Positions 1-13,300 of a DNA stretch of 55,147 bases are shown piece by piece. The position numbers and the translations under genes were made by a program. Under the pieces are notes generated by a model that searched no databases, was not told where the DNA came from, and saw only the letters and a list, made by a program, of their open reading frames with translations. Within the stretch, counting starts at the first letter, position 1; each line of letters starts with the position of its first letter. This DNA is from Octopus sinensis (Eukaryota), in assembly GCF_006345805.1 (NCBI RefSeq), contig NW_021833788.1, positions 1 through 55,147 of the forward strand. Reading direction: 5' to 3'.

Positions 1-852
1 AAATTCCAGGCCCTGCGCTACCAGCATCCAAAACTGAATATTAAACTTACAGGATACACCGGTCACAGGGAATTTCAATCCCAGATCCTAAGTCTGTGAG
101 GGACCTGGGTATCGACATGAGTGATGATACCTCTTTCCAAGTGCACATTACCAGGATGGCGACAAAGTGCAGACGACTGGCTGGGTGGATCCTAAGAACA
201 TTCAGAACCAGAGATAAGGAAACCATGATGGTCCTCTGGCGGACATTCGTCCTCAGTCGCCTGGATTACTGCTCACAGCTATGGTCACCCACCAGTGTAA
301 AATTAACAGCAGGCCTTGAAGCAATCCAGAGAAGATTCACAAAGAAGATCGTCTCTTTGCAACAGCTCAGCTACTGGGAAAGGTTGAAACAGCTGAGACT
401 CTACTCCCTGGAGAGAAGACGGGAGAGGTATGCAGTAATATATGTCTGGAAGATCCTGGAAGGAATTGTGCCAAATTTTGGCATTGTAAGCTACACCAAT
501 GCCAGAATGGGACGACACTGCATAGTGCCAAAGATCCCAGCAATGCCATCACGCTTCAGGACCATCTTCTGCAACAGCCTGGGTTTCAAGGGCCCACAGC
601 TTTTTAATATTTTCCCAAAGAGTCTGAGGAACATGCACAAAGTAGATGTAGCGGTTTTTAAATCAAAACTGGACATCTTCCTGTCAAGAGTCCCAGATGA
701 ACCTACCTCACGGCAAGAGGTGCAAATGAGAGTAGCTGTATCAAACTCCATTCTTCACCAAGTGCTACATATTAGACGAGGTTCGTCGTAATAACAGTGT
801 AGCACAAGACGGCGGTGCATCAGCATAGCCGCAGCTCTGAGCTGAAACTAAG
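1..852 (+). mobile_element. CR1-like non-LTR retrotransposon, 3' fragment (RT C-terminal region and 3' UTR)
   Basis: ORF 96-791 has the motifs RDLGI..., LDYCSQLWSP, LEAIQRRFTK and SYWERLKQLRLYSLERRRER, typical of the CR1-group RT C-terminus. It ends in GCTGAAACTAAG followed by an A-run. Confidence 0.85.
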
Positions 853-871
853 AAAAAAAAAAAAAAAAAAA

Positions 872-919
<48 letters not shown>

Positions 920-921
920 TA

Positions 922-2425
922 TGATTGATTGATTGATTCTAGTTTCAGCTCATGAGCTGTGGCCACGCTGGGGCACCGCCATTTGGTGTTGCTACATAGT
1001 TTTACTTCACTAATGCTTTTTAGCAACTGCCATTTGGTTTGCATGAGAGAGTTCGATGCAGCTGCCTCATCTGCCAACTCCTGCCGTGAAGTTGGTTCAT
1101 CTGGGATACCTGACAAGAAGAGATCCAGTTTCATTTTAAAGACATCTGCATCCACCCCATGCAGGTCTCTTAGGTTCTTCAGGAGGATATTAAAGAGCTG
1201 TGGGCCTCGGAAGCCCAGGCTATCACAGTATCTTGCCCTACATCTTGATGGCAAATTTGGAGTCCTTGGCACCACGCAGTGGCGCACAGTTCTGGCATTT
1301 GTGTAACTCTCGATGCCAAAGTTTGGGACAAGTCCTTCCAGGATCTTCCAGATGTATATTATAGCATATCTTTTTCGCCTACGCTCCAAGGAGTAGAGTT
1401 TTAATCTCTTGAGTCTTTCCCAGTAGCTTATATGCTGCACAGAGGCTATCTTCTTCGTGTAGCTACGTTGGATCGCCTCAAGTTCTGTGATCAGCTTGAC
1501 ACTGGATGGTGACTATAGCTGAGAGCAATAGTCAAAGTGGCTTAGGACAAGTGTCCTCCAGAGGACCATCATGGTTTCTTGTTCTCTTGTTCTAAAGGTT
1601 CTAAGAATCTATCCGGCCAGTCGTCTACATTTCATTGCCAATTTAGCAACATGTACACGAAAGGTTGCGTCATCACTCATGTAAATACCCAGGTCACGCA
1701 CTGATTGTGCCTCTGGGATTGCAATTCCTCCGGGTCCAGTGTATTCATTGGGTATTGCATTTAGTTTTGCATGCTGATAGCATAAAGCTTGAAACTTTTC
1801 AGCATTGAACTGCATGCTATTCTTTTCAGCCCACTTGTATATTTTGTCCAGCTCACATTGCAGGCGTTTAGTGTCCTCAGGGTTCTGTATTGCCTGTGAA
1901 ACTTTTGTATCATCTGCATAACTTGTGATCGTGGCTCTCTGCGTGGCTGAGGGCATGTCTGAGAGGGCCATTATGAACAGTAGTGGTCCCAAAACAGTGC
2001 CCTGCGGAAAACACCGCTCACTATTTGCGTGTTAATGGAAGTGGTCCCATTGGCTACTACCACCTGACTTCTATCTTTCAGAAGTCATGAAGCCATTCTC
2101 CCAGTTTTCCAACTATGCTAAGATCACGCAGTTTGTGACATATCATCCATGATCGACTTTATCAAAGGCCTTTGCAAAGTCGAGATATATCACTTCCACA
2201 TTTGAGTGGTTGAGCAGTCGTTTCAGCACCCAGTCATAGTGTTGTAGGAGCTGAGTTAAGCAGCTTCTCCTGGTCGGAAACCATGTTGGTGTCAGACAGC
2301 AACTTATTTTCTTCAAGGAAGGTGATCAGTTTCCTTCTGACTATTCGTTCCATGACCTTGCTGATGTGTGAGGTCAGAGAGATAGGTCTGTAGTTCTTGG
2401 CCTCTGCTCTGCTACCTCCTTTATG
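922..2425 (-). mobile_element. CR1-like LINE, 5'-truncated and frameshifted, with (AATC)n tail
   Basis: Minus-strand pieces encode YRPISLTS, LDFAKAFDK, GPLLF, YADD and SYWERLKRLKLYSLERRR. The tail reads gattgattgatt on + at 923-938. Confidence 0.9.
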
Positions 2426-2565
2426 AATACATATATTTATATATATGTATACATATATAAATATATATATGTATACATTATTTTATAATATATATATATA
2501 TATATGTGTATACATATATTTAATATAATATATATAATATATGTATATATATATATATATATATA

Positions 2566-2607
<42 letters not shown>

Positions 2608-2684
2608 GTGTGTGTGTGTGTGTGTGGGTGTGTGTGTATATATATATATATATTATATATATATATATAGTATGTTGACCTTTT

Positions 2685-2885
2685 TAGTATGTTGACCTCG
2701 TGAAGACCACTTGCATTTTTTTCCCTCTGTCCTCCCACCTCGGGATCTTTCTTTCTCCCATGTTTCCGACGAAGAGCTCCGCTCGAAACGACATACTCTT
2801 CCCTTTTTCCTGAGCGCCTAATAATACTTTAATTGTTCCACCTCCTTGCGTTGTTGTCTTTTTCGTTGTCTTGTTTGGATTAACT

Positions 2886-2886
<1 letters not shown>
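2685..2886 (+). repeat. Short interspersed repeat in (TA)n with a degenerate hammerhead-like motif (possible Penelope-like terminal repeat)
   Basis: CCGACGA-A-GAGC-TCC-GCTC-GAAACG at 2766-2790; microsatellite on both sides. Confidence 0.4.
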
Positions 2887-2975
<89 letters not shown>

Positions 2976-3110
2976 TATATATATATATGTATGTGTATAT
3001 ATATATATATATATATATGATACATATATATATGTATATATATATGAATATGTATACATATATTATATGTGTATATTATATAATATATGTATACATATAT
3101 ATATGTATAC

Positions 3111-3141
<31 letters not shown>

Positions 3142-3162
3142 TATATATATATATATATATTA

Positions 3163-3250
<88 letters not shown>

Positions 3251-3270
3251 ATATATATATATATATATAT

Positions 3271-3310
<40 letters not shown>
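2886..3310. repeat. Imperfect (TA)n microsatellite
   Basis: Seen directly; it generates spurious YIYI ORFs. Confidence 0.95.
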
Positions 3311-3312
<2 letters not shown>

Positions 3313-3632
3313 TATCGGACGGGTATGTTTGATTCTTAGTATTTTCAAATCTAAATCAGAAGAAATCTCTGAGCTGATGAAGGAAAAGTGGCGTTTTACC
3401 CACAAATCCAGAAACAGACTGTCCTCGGGTATCGTATATGGATGTGATCTTTCATTTTTTTCCCTATACCTATGTGAGTTATTTTCTGAGTATGCATTGT
3501 CTGGAGACTTTTATTTGCAGCTGAAGAAATAGCCAAACTTTTGGCTGCTATTTCTGAAAAGTTCGGGGTGTGTGGTAAAGTGAATTTTTTACTTTACCAT
3601 ATTTTTATAAATTAATACTTCAATATATAATA

Positions 3633-3680
<48 letters not shown>

Positions 3681-3688
3681 TATATATA

Positions 3689-4493
3689 TCTTTATATATA
3701 TAAAAGGCAGTTTGTCTGTCTTTTGTGTCTGTGTGTCTGTCAGGTTGTACCCTCACCCTGACCACGGCTTTCAACCGATTCTGATAAAACTTGACACACA
3801 CATAGCCCAATGTCATAATTCAAAACTAACGCAGCGAAAAGTTTGAAAAGTTCCCCTAGTTCTGAAATAAAATCGATAAATTCGACATGGGTCGAGAATC
3901 TAAGCTTTTTATATGCAACACATTTTTTACAGACTGTCTAGGGGACGCAACTTGACCTTTTTAACTCTCGGATCACGTGGGGTAAGTATCCCAAAATGTA
4001 TAAAAATGTACAAAAACGGCAAAAAAGCGTGCAGCAATGTGAGTGACAACAAAAAAGTCAGAAGTGACCAAACTGAACAAACGAATGGAAAAGGTTTTTT
4101 GATGCACACGACAAAAGCGGTTTATAATAAACCAAGTGTTCGCAAGTAGTGTCCGAGGACCCTTAGGATACGTCAAAAATTTAAGGTAAAACGTTTGGGG
4201 TGGTAGTTATAAAGAAAGTGTAAACAAAAAAAGTATTCGAATAACTTGCGGCTGCAGCAGCTATTAGCAGAAGTGGCGGTGTTGGGGGTAAAGTCTCGAA
4301 TGTAATTTCTTCCTGGTAGGAATTGGTTGGGTTGAATTATAGATAGCTGTTTGATAGTTATTTGGGAGCGAAGAGAAGACATTGCAACCTACACATGCGC
4401 CTTCGTTCCCTAGAGGGAAAGAACTAGATTGGGATTAGTCGTTGCCTACTAGGGACTCTTACATACCCGGGCAACGCCGGGCTATGCTGCTAG
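3689..4493 (+). mobile_element. Non-autonomous Helitron-like element
   Basis: 5' TC start, 3' GC hairpin CCCGGGCAACGCCGGG, then CTAG at 4490-4493; no TSD; lies in a TA tract. Confidence 0.7.
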
Positions 4494-4518
4494 GATATAT
4501 ATATATATACACACACAC

Positions 4519-4592
<74 letters not shown>

Positions 4593-4599
4593 ACATATA

Positions 4600-4631
<32 letters not shown>

Positions 4632-4992
4632 CATATATATATATATGTATACATATATATATATATATGTATACATATATATAGCTATAAATCTTTGACT
4701 GCTATTTCTAAATTCGGTGTGTGGTGAGGCAAATCGTTGCTAAACCCTTCATTACTTAGTATTACTTAAACTTTCCTCGAATGAGGCTTTTACATGCCGA
4801 AATCTACTTGGTGAAATAATGATTATTCCAAATTAATTAATTTCACCCTATATTATTACTGTATACATATATATATATATGTATACATATAATATTATAC
4901 ATATATATATACATAATATATATATATATATACGTATATATATGTATACATATATATATATATATATTATAATATTATATATATATATATAT

Positions 4993-6162
4993 TAAGGTAT
5001 GTAGAAAAATACAACATGGACAAGAACGTATAACTCTTAGAAGACGATACAATAAACACGGACAGGACATTCGAAACCCTCAGTCTTCAGTCAAAAACCG
5101 GATCATCGTAGTAATTTCGGCTGATTAATCTTGAGATTACTAGATCACGGCCAGCCCTCCAAGAAAAACTAAGCAACGAGCATTAGAAAAACTAAGCTGG
5201 GAGCGTAGATTTCCTGGAAGAAGGATCGAATGCATACGGACACCAGGACAGCAAAAGGGACGAATATAAAAAAAACAAAAAAATAATGGAATACAGAAAC
5301 ATGAAATACAGAAGCATTAACGGTGAAAACAACAACAAGTGTCTTACGACTGATAACAAGCAAACAAATTTTTTCTCTGGCGCAAGGAAAGGAGCCTTAT
5401 CGGCGATGCCTATAGCGGCGGACGAAAAACAACGATGTTAACACGACGCTGGTCAGAAGCTGAAAGGCAGATTTCGGCCAGCAGTCACGTGACAGAGGAG
5501 AGAGAAAAGAAAAGAAAGAGAAGCAGCGGAAGAGAGAGAGAGAGGAGAGAGAGAGAGGAGGGACAAACGCAACAAAGAGAGAGAAGAGAGAGAAAGAAGG
5601 AATCAGAGAGGAGAAGGGATGGGTGTCGAAGATTGACCTGTGAGTGCAGAGCGAGACAAGAATTAGGAGGGTAGTGGAAGATTAGACCAAAGAATCAGAG
5701 GAAAGAGAAGAGAAAAAGAGGATGAGTAGAGAGAGAAGGGGACAGATCAAGTAAAAGAGAGAGGAGAGAGAGAGACAAACAAAGAGTCGTACCAGTTATT
5801 AAGAATATGTGCTCACATTAATGTTAAGAGGGTACGTGGCGCCTGGAATATATGTTAAGGTATGTAGAAAAATACAACATGGACAAGAACGTATAACTCT
5901 TAGAAGACGATACAATAAACACGGACAGGACATTCGAAACCCTCAGTCTTCAGTCAAGAACCGGATCATCGTAGTAATTTCGGCTGATTAATCTTGAGAT
6001 TACTAGATCACGGCCAGCCCTCCAAGAAAAACTAAGCAACGAGCATTAGAAAAAAACTAAGCTGGGAGCGTAGATTTCCTGGAAGAAGGATCAAATGCAT
6101 ACGGACACCAGGACAGCAAAAGGGACGAATATAAAAAAAACAAAAAAATAATGGAATACAGA
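4993..6162. mobile_element. Element with ~310-bp near-identical direct repeats (4993-5300 and 5855-6162) around an AG-rich core; possibly a Penelope-like partial tandem
   Basis: The block taaggtatgtagaaaaatacaacatggacaag...aaataatggaatacaga occurs twice; (TA)n on both flanks. The class assignment is inference. Confidence 0.6.
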
Positions 6163-6163
6163 T

Positions 6164-6211
<48 letters not shown>

Positions 6212-6239
6212 GGCCTCGACTATTGGGGTCGACTAGAAA

Positions 6240-6708
6240 AGCTAAAACTCTATTCTCTCCAACGTCGTCGTGAGCGCTACATCATCTGCATGATGTGGAA
6301 AATATTCCATCAGCATTGCCCAAATGATGTTGGCATCACCTTTAAGGTACATCCAAGGCTTGGGCCCCGTGCCATCCGCCCAAAACAAAAATTGCACTCT
6401 CATCTCATAACAACAATACGGCACAATTATTTCACCTCAATTGGCCCCGCCTCTTTAACATTACACCAAAACACATTAAAACAGAAACTGACCCTATAGG
6501 GTTCAAGAAGTCTTTGGACAGATTCCTTCAAGAAATCCTGGAAAACCCCCTACACCCGGATATGTCTCTGTAAACAATAACTCTCTACTTGAGTGGGCCA
6601 TAGTGCCCAAATTCTGACTTGAAAGACTTCACCAGGTGGTGCTACTAAGTTAGACATGGCCTGGGCCAATAATGGCCGAAACCTATCAAAGTATCAAAGT
6701 ATCAAAGT
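6240..6708 (+). mobile_element. CR1-like LINE 3' remnant with (TATCAAAG)n tail
   Basis: Translates as KLYSLQRRRERYIICMMWKI; the tail repeat occurs three times at about 6685-6708. Confidence 0.75.
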
Positions 6709-6721
6709 ATATATATATATA

Positions 6722-7618
6722 CATGGGCCGTGACTGCTGAGGATATGCGTAAGCTCGCAAGAAATGAAGCCAGTATGCTCCGATGGATGTGTAATGTCAG
6801 TGTTCATACACGACAGAGTGTAAGTACCTTGAGAGAGAAGTTGGACCTAAGAAGCATCAGTTGCGGTGTGCAAGAGAGACGTTTGCGCTGGTATGCACAT
6901 GTGGAGAGAATGGATGAAGATAGTTGTGTGAAAAAGTGCCACACCCTAGCTGTTGAGGGAATCTGTGGAATAGGTAGACCCAGGAAAACCTGGGATGAGG
7001 TGGTCTCACCGAGGAAATGACTAGAGACCGAGACCTTTGGAAGTATGCTGTGCGTGAGAAGACCCGGCAGGACAAGTGAGACCATCACCCATGGCCTCAG
7101 TCCACTTATGCATACCTTTCCTTCTTGGGACACAAAACCCTACTTGTGAAGACCTGTTGAGGCAAGTGAAAATCAAAAAATGAAAAAATCAAAAATCAAA
7201 ATCGATCAACATGAATGGAAATTGTCGCTGTGATACCAGTGCTGGTGGCACATAAGAGGACCATCCAAACGTGGCCGTTGCCAGTGCCGCCCTGACTGGC
7301 TTCCGTGCTGGTGGCACGTAAAAAGCACCATCCGATCGTGGCCGTTTGCCAGCTTCGCCTGGCCTCCGTTCCGGTGGCACGTAAAAAGCACCATCCGACC
7401 GTGGCCGTTTGCCAGACTTGTCTGGCACCTGTGCAGGTGGCACGTAAAAAGCACCCACTACACTCATAGAGTGGTTGGCGTTAGGAAGGGCATCCAGCCG
7501 TAGAAACATTGCCAGATCAGACTGGGTCTGGTGCAGCCTTCTGGCTTCCCAGACCCCAGTTGCACCGTCCAACCCATGCCAGCATGGAAAGCGGACGCTA
7601 AACGATGATGAGGATGAT
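6722..7618 (+). mobile_element. RTE-like LINE 3' fragment with repetitive 3' UTR and (GAT)n tail
   Basis: ORF has RRLRWYAHVERM...GRPRKTW (RTE C-terminus); the UTR has the GGTGGCACGTAAAAAGCACC sub-repeats. Confidence 0.85.
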
Positions 7619-7627
7619 ACATATATA

Positions 7628-7757
7628 TATCATCATTTCATTTAGCGTCCGCTTTCCATGCTAGCATGGGTTGGACGGTTCAACTGGGGTCTGTGAAGCC
7701 AGAAGGATGCATCAGGCCCAGTCTAATCTGGCAGTGTTTCTACGGCTGGATGCCTTT
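7628..7757 (-). mobile_element. RTE/SINE 3'-tail fragment, tail-to-tail with the previous copy
   Basis: Reverse complement of 7490-7610. Confidence 0.75.
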
Positions 7758-7912
7758 AGTCTAATATATTTTGAATTATAGGTTTTTCTAAAAAATCTTC
7801 TCTATTGGTGTTGACAAGCTACATATATTTACCATAGTATTAGCAATTAAGCCATTTTATTCCTTTTCTTTGGTGTTCTGCCCTTCATTATTTTATTTTA
7901 TAATTAGCCTTT

Positions 7913-8300
7913 ATCTCTCTCTATATAAAACTGAGAATGTCTGTCTATGTGTTTCCCTAAAACTTGAGAACCAATTTCATTCAAATTTTACACATGCCTT
8001 ACTTAGGGTCCATGTAGTTTCATGGGCAAAAAATATGTTCAACTTTTTTGCCTAGGGCGAGCCCACATCATTATCATATCTTCTCCACTACGATTCCCTA
8101 AAACTTGAGAACTACACAACCTATTTCAGTCAAATTTTACACATGCCTTACTTAGGGTCCATGTAGTTTCATGGGCCAAACAAAGTTCAACTTCTTGCCT
8201 AGGGCGACCCCATAGCAATATCATATCTTCTCCACTATTTCAGTATTACGTGTTAGAAGTGAAACAAACATTTCTCTATTTTATGTCAGATACTTTCACT
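7913..8300 (+). mobile_element. Helitron-like 5' fragment with an internal ~130-bp duplication
   Basis: Starts TCTCTCTATATAAAACTGAGAATGTCTGTCT, similar to the 3689 element; 7955-8090 is repeated at 8095-8238. Confidence 0.45.
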
Positions 8301-9556
8301 TTAACAATAAAAATTAGAGATAATAATAACAATTGAATTATATGTAGTAAGTAATAATTAAAATCAAACTAAAGTATATTATAATCGTAACATAATAAAA
8401 GTAAAAATAGCAATTGGTATAAAATTGCATCAATGACTTGAACTTGAATAAGTGGTTTCACATGAATGGTAATAAATTAAAAATAAAATTAGTGTGTAGA
8501 AATGGAATAGTCCAGATGGAGCTGTGCACATACCGTTTACCACGGCTTTTACATTAGATTATCTGCTAATTAGCTAGCATTAGGTATCTATATGAAGTTT
8601 GGCTGTATGTAATGTATGTTTTCTCGAACAGCTGCTTCTACTGAGTACTGCTGTTGGTTTATTTCTTATACATAAAGGACTATAGCTTCAACTGTGTACT
8701 GCTTTTTGATTCACCGTAAAGTTTGTTATTATTATTACTGTTTAACTATTGTTATCGCGTTTGTTGGTTCCTCGTAAGGGAAACATTGTTGTGTTGCATT
8801 TGTTAAATAATTGTATACTGTAACCCTCCCCCTTTTGGTTATTGTTTAAAAATTGAATTGTGTCCCTGTTTGGGGAAATTGACAATATTTTCACCGTTTA
8901 TACGGAAGCATTTTTGTTAGAATGCCTTCGATAGAAGAAAGTCCAAAAATGAATTTCGCTGCAGCCGTCGGCGGGCGCAAACTCATTAAAATTAAAATGG
9001 AAGAAATACAAACCTATTTCGGATTGATCACCGACAAAGACGGTGAATCTAGGATAACACCACCAAACGAAATAAAAAAATTAAAGAAAAGAAAATACTA
9101 TTGTCTATAAAGTATACAATGTAGAGAAAAAAAGATTTGAACACCATCGAAAAGTGTCTTGGTGCGACTATGAAAGATATCTAACCAGAGGCGGTAAATT
9201 TGCCACAATAGAAGCAATGTTCGAGTCAACGGAGCATGCAAGGGAGTACTCGACTCGAACCTTGCAAAGTGGAAATATTTTATTTTTACCTCTATATCTG
9301 GGACGTAGGACGTCCCGGATAAAAATTTAAAATGTCCCCCCAGAAGTAGAGGTAGGCTGTATTGTAGCCACACTTCTATACAAGAGGGAGGACAAGATAC
9401 AATTGATCGAAATTGCAAGAGACGGGCCTACAATTCCAGTCTGTTATATATTTTGAGTATTGTTATCACTAGCGACATCAAGATATAACTTTGTATTTTG
9501 TATTTAATGTGTAGATGTATATATATAGATGTACATGTAATATGTACACATATATA

Positions 9557-10015
9557 TACCTTGAGAGAAATGTTGTACCTAAGAAGCATCAGTTGTGGTG
9601 TGCAAGAAAGACGATTGCGCTGGTATGGTCATGTGGCGAGAATGGATGAAGATAGGTGTGTGAAAAAGTGCCAATCCCTAGCAGTTGAGGGAACCCGTGG
9701 AAGAGGTAGACCCAGGAAAACCTGGGACGAGGTGGTAAAGCACGACCTTCGAACTTTAGGCCTCACTGAGGAAATGACCAGCAACCGAGACCTTTGGAAA
9801 TATGCTGTACGTGAGAAGACCAGGCAGGACAAGTGAGCCCAGCCCACTTATGCATGCCTTTCCTCCCTTGGACACACAAAGACCTGTTGAGGCAAGCGAA
9901 GTCGATATCGAACCTCATCCGACGACAGGCACCCATGCCGACCCCCTTTGCTTGCGAAGACCTGTTGGGGCAAGTGAAATCGGAATCGAAATTGAACCAA
10001 TCCTATGACTGGCAC
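9557..10015 (+). mobile_element. RTE-like LINE 3' fragment
   Basis: RRLRWYGHVARM...RGRPRKTWDEVVKHDL. Confidence 0.85.
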
Positions 10016-10228
10016 CATACGTTGATAATAGGCAATACACCTTGAAACCTGGGTCCGTATGTGGCATCCGCTTCTTGGGGAATGATCTCCCTTTGCAAGA
10101 TAGAGGACGCCGTGATGGCGTCGGCCTATCTGGTGACGTTGATGTTCGCCTGGGGCTAAATGCAACAGTGACACCCCCCACCACCCTGCCCTGTCCCTAG
10201 CCATATTCAGTTGGCTAATGTCCCTTAT

Positions 10229-10265
10229 GTTATATATATATATATATATTTATATATATGTATAC

Positions 10266-10297
<32 letters not shown>

Positions 10298-10352
10298 GTA
10301 TACATATATATATATATGTATACATATATATATACATATATATATGTATTAC

Positions 10353-10384
<32 letters not shown>

Positions 10385-10678
10385 GTATACATATATATAT
10401 ATATACATATATATATATGTATACATTATATATATGTATACATATATATATATATGTATACATATATATATGTATACATTATATATATATATATATGTAT
10501 ACAATATATATATATGTATACATATATATATATGTATACATATATATATATGTATACATATATATATATGTATACATATATATATTATATGTATACATAT
10601 ATATATATATGTATACATATATATATATATGTATACATATATATATATGTATACATATATATATATGTATGTATATAT
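10229..10678. repeat. Compound TA/TGTATACA microsatellite
   Basis: Seen directly. Confidence 0.95.
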
Positions 10679-13300
10679 CATCATCATCCTTTAACGTCCG
10701 TTTTCCGTGCTAGCACGGGTTGGACGGTTCGACCGGGGTCTGGGAAGCCAGGAGGCTGCACCAGGCTCCAGTCCGATCTGGCAGTGTTTCTACAGCTGGA
10801 TGCCCTTTCTAATGCCAACCACTCCGTGAGTGTAGTGGGTGCTTTTTACGTGCCACCGGTACAGGTGCCAGGGGAGTCTGGCAGCAGCCATGATCGGTTG
10901 GTGCTTTTTAAGTGCCATCGGCACAGAAGCCAGTCAAGGCGTCGCTGGCATCTGCCACGTTCGGATGGTGCCTTTTACGTGCCACCGGCACAGGTATCAC
11001 AACTACTATTTCCATTTGATATTTATTTCGATGTTCATGTACTTCACTCAATAGGTCTCCTCAAGCACAGCAAGTTGTTCTGAAATCCAAGGTACTTTGA
11101 ATGGGCTGGGGCTATGTGGAACTGGTGCAGGAAGCAGCCCGGGTCTTTGCAGTCACAGCATATCTCCAGAGATCTCGGTCCTTCGTCATTGCCTCTGTGA
11201 GGCCCAACGCTCTGAGATCATGCTTGACCACCTCATCCCATGTTTTCCTGGGTCTACCTCTCCTCCTGATTCCTTCAACTGTTTGGGAGCGGCACTTCTT
11301 CACACATCTCTCCTCATCCATCCGCAGTACATGACCATACCATCGCAAGCCTCGCTCTTGCACACCACATCTAATGTTTCTTATGTCCAGCATTTCTCTC
11401 AGGATGCTTACATTCTGTCCTGAGTGCACACTGACATTACAAATCCAGCGGATCATGTTAGCTTCATTTCTTTCAAATCTACGCATGTCCTCGGCAGTCA
11501 CAGCCCATGTTTCACTACCGTGAAGCATGGCGGTTCGCACACATGCATCAAACAATCTACCTTTCGCTCTGAGCGAGCGATCCTTTGTCACCTGTAGGGG
11601 TAGGAGCTTTCTAAACTTTGCCCAGGTTATTCGTATTCTAGTGGTGACACTCTGAGCATCCACCTCCACTACTAACTTGGTCACCTAGGTAGCGGAAACT
11701 ATCAACTACTTCTAGTTTCTTCCCCTGGAGTGTGATGGAATCTGTTTTCTGAGTATCTGTGGTATCTATTGTCCCTGTGCATCTGCTGTACATGAAAGCT
11801 ATCCTATCAGTTAATTTCCCTTTGATGTTGCTGCACCTCTTATGCGTCCATAGCTTACACTGGGTACATCTTATGGAGTTTCTACCTACACCTTTCCTAC
11901 AGATTGAGCAGGGCCACCTGCCCGAGGGGGTGTGTGATGAGTTCGCCTTTCTGCTTACTATAACTTTGGTCTTTGCTACATTTACTCTAAGGCCCTTTGA
12001 TTCTAAACTTTGCTTCCACACCCGAAATTTCTTTTCTAGTTCCGGTAGTGATTCTGCTATGAGAGCCAGGTCATCAGCATAGAGGAGCTCCCAGGGGCTA
12101 CCTGTTTTGAATTCCTCTGTTATTGCCTGGAGGACTATGATGAATAAAAGGGGACTGAGGGCTGAACCTGGTGGGCACCTACTTCTACCCGGAATTCTTC
12201 ACTATACTCATTGCCAATCCTAACCTTGCTGACAGCCTCTCTGTATAGGGCCTGAACAGCCCTTATTAGCCGTTCGTCAATCTCCAGTTTCTGCATCGAC
12301 CACCAGATAAGGGATCGGGGGACCCCGTCAAAGGCTTTCTCCAAGTCCACAAAAGCTATCTTTAGCTAGGTACTTCTCCTGCAGTTGTCGGACCAGGAAT
12401 ATAGCATCAGTGGTGCTTCTACCCGGCACAAAACCGAACTGCATCTCATCTAAGCAAATTCTCTCCCTAATGAGATGGGTTATGACCCTCTCTGTGACCT
12501 TCATTACCTGATCCAACAGTTTAATACCTCTGCAGTTATTTCTATCTAGAGCATCACCCTTACCCTTGTAGCAGTTGACTATGGTGCTGCTACGCCAGTC
12601 ATTGGGTATGACTCCATTATGAACTAACTGGTTTACAATGCGGTTGATTAGGCCATAGCCCACACAACCAGCTGTTTTAAGCATCTCAGCATTGATTCCT
12701 GATGGGCCGGGGGCTTTTCTTGTTTTCATACCCTTAATTGCCTTAACTACTAAGGAGCTGTCTATTCAGATAGCTGGTCCCTCTACTGGGTCAACATTTG
12801 GCAGGCTCTCCTCCTCCCATTCAAGCCTTTTTCTTTTCAGAAACATCGAAAGCAAGTGCACCATCATCCATGCGGACGCGTTTCTCTCCTGTAACATCAC
12901 TATTTTCTCTCACACACTGTCTAGCAATCCGAAATACCTCAGTTCTTTGGTCCTCACGTCGCAGGACATTGGCAAACTTCTTTTCTGCTTCATCTTTGCC
13001 TATGTATACCTGCCGCCCAGCCTCCCTTTTGGCTACCTGGTACAGTTCCCTGCTACCCCCATCCCTCCAGGCTTTCCAGGCCTGTTTCTTTGCTCTAATG
13101 ACTTCGTCTACTGTACTATTCCACCACCACGTAACTCTAGGTCTGGGAGGGACTTTGCACCATCCACAGACTTGGTCTGTGGCACTCGGCAAGCTGTCCC
13201 GTAGGAATTTCCAGCTACCTTCTATGTCCGACGTCTGTAGCTCCTCCTCCCTCTCATCAAATTTCTTGATGAGTATGTCCCTAAATCTCTGACCATGTGA
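10678..13300 (-). mobile_element. RTE-like LINE, 5'-truncated, RT domain broken by frameshifts
   Basis: KAPGPSGI, RGIKLL, QFGFVPGRSTTDAIF, DLEKAFD, WELLYADDLAL, FRYLG, LRWYGHVLRM, then 3' UTR and (GAT)n tail. Confidence 0.92.

Noticed and set aside
2846-3405. YIYI-type ORFs here and at 10218-11083, 38103-38643 and 52129-53172
   Set aside because: They are translations of TA/TG microsatellites.
4773-4812. GAATGA-GGC...GCC-GAAA, and the similar CTGAATGA...GAAACC at about 49905-49947
   Set aside because: The core is irregular and I could not form stem I or stem III with confidence.
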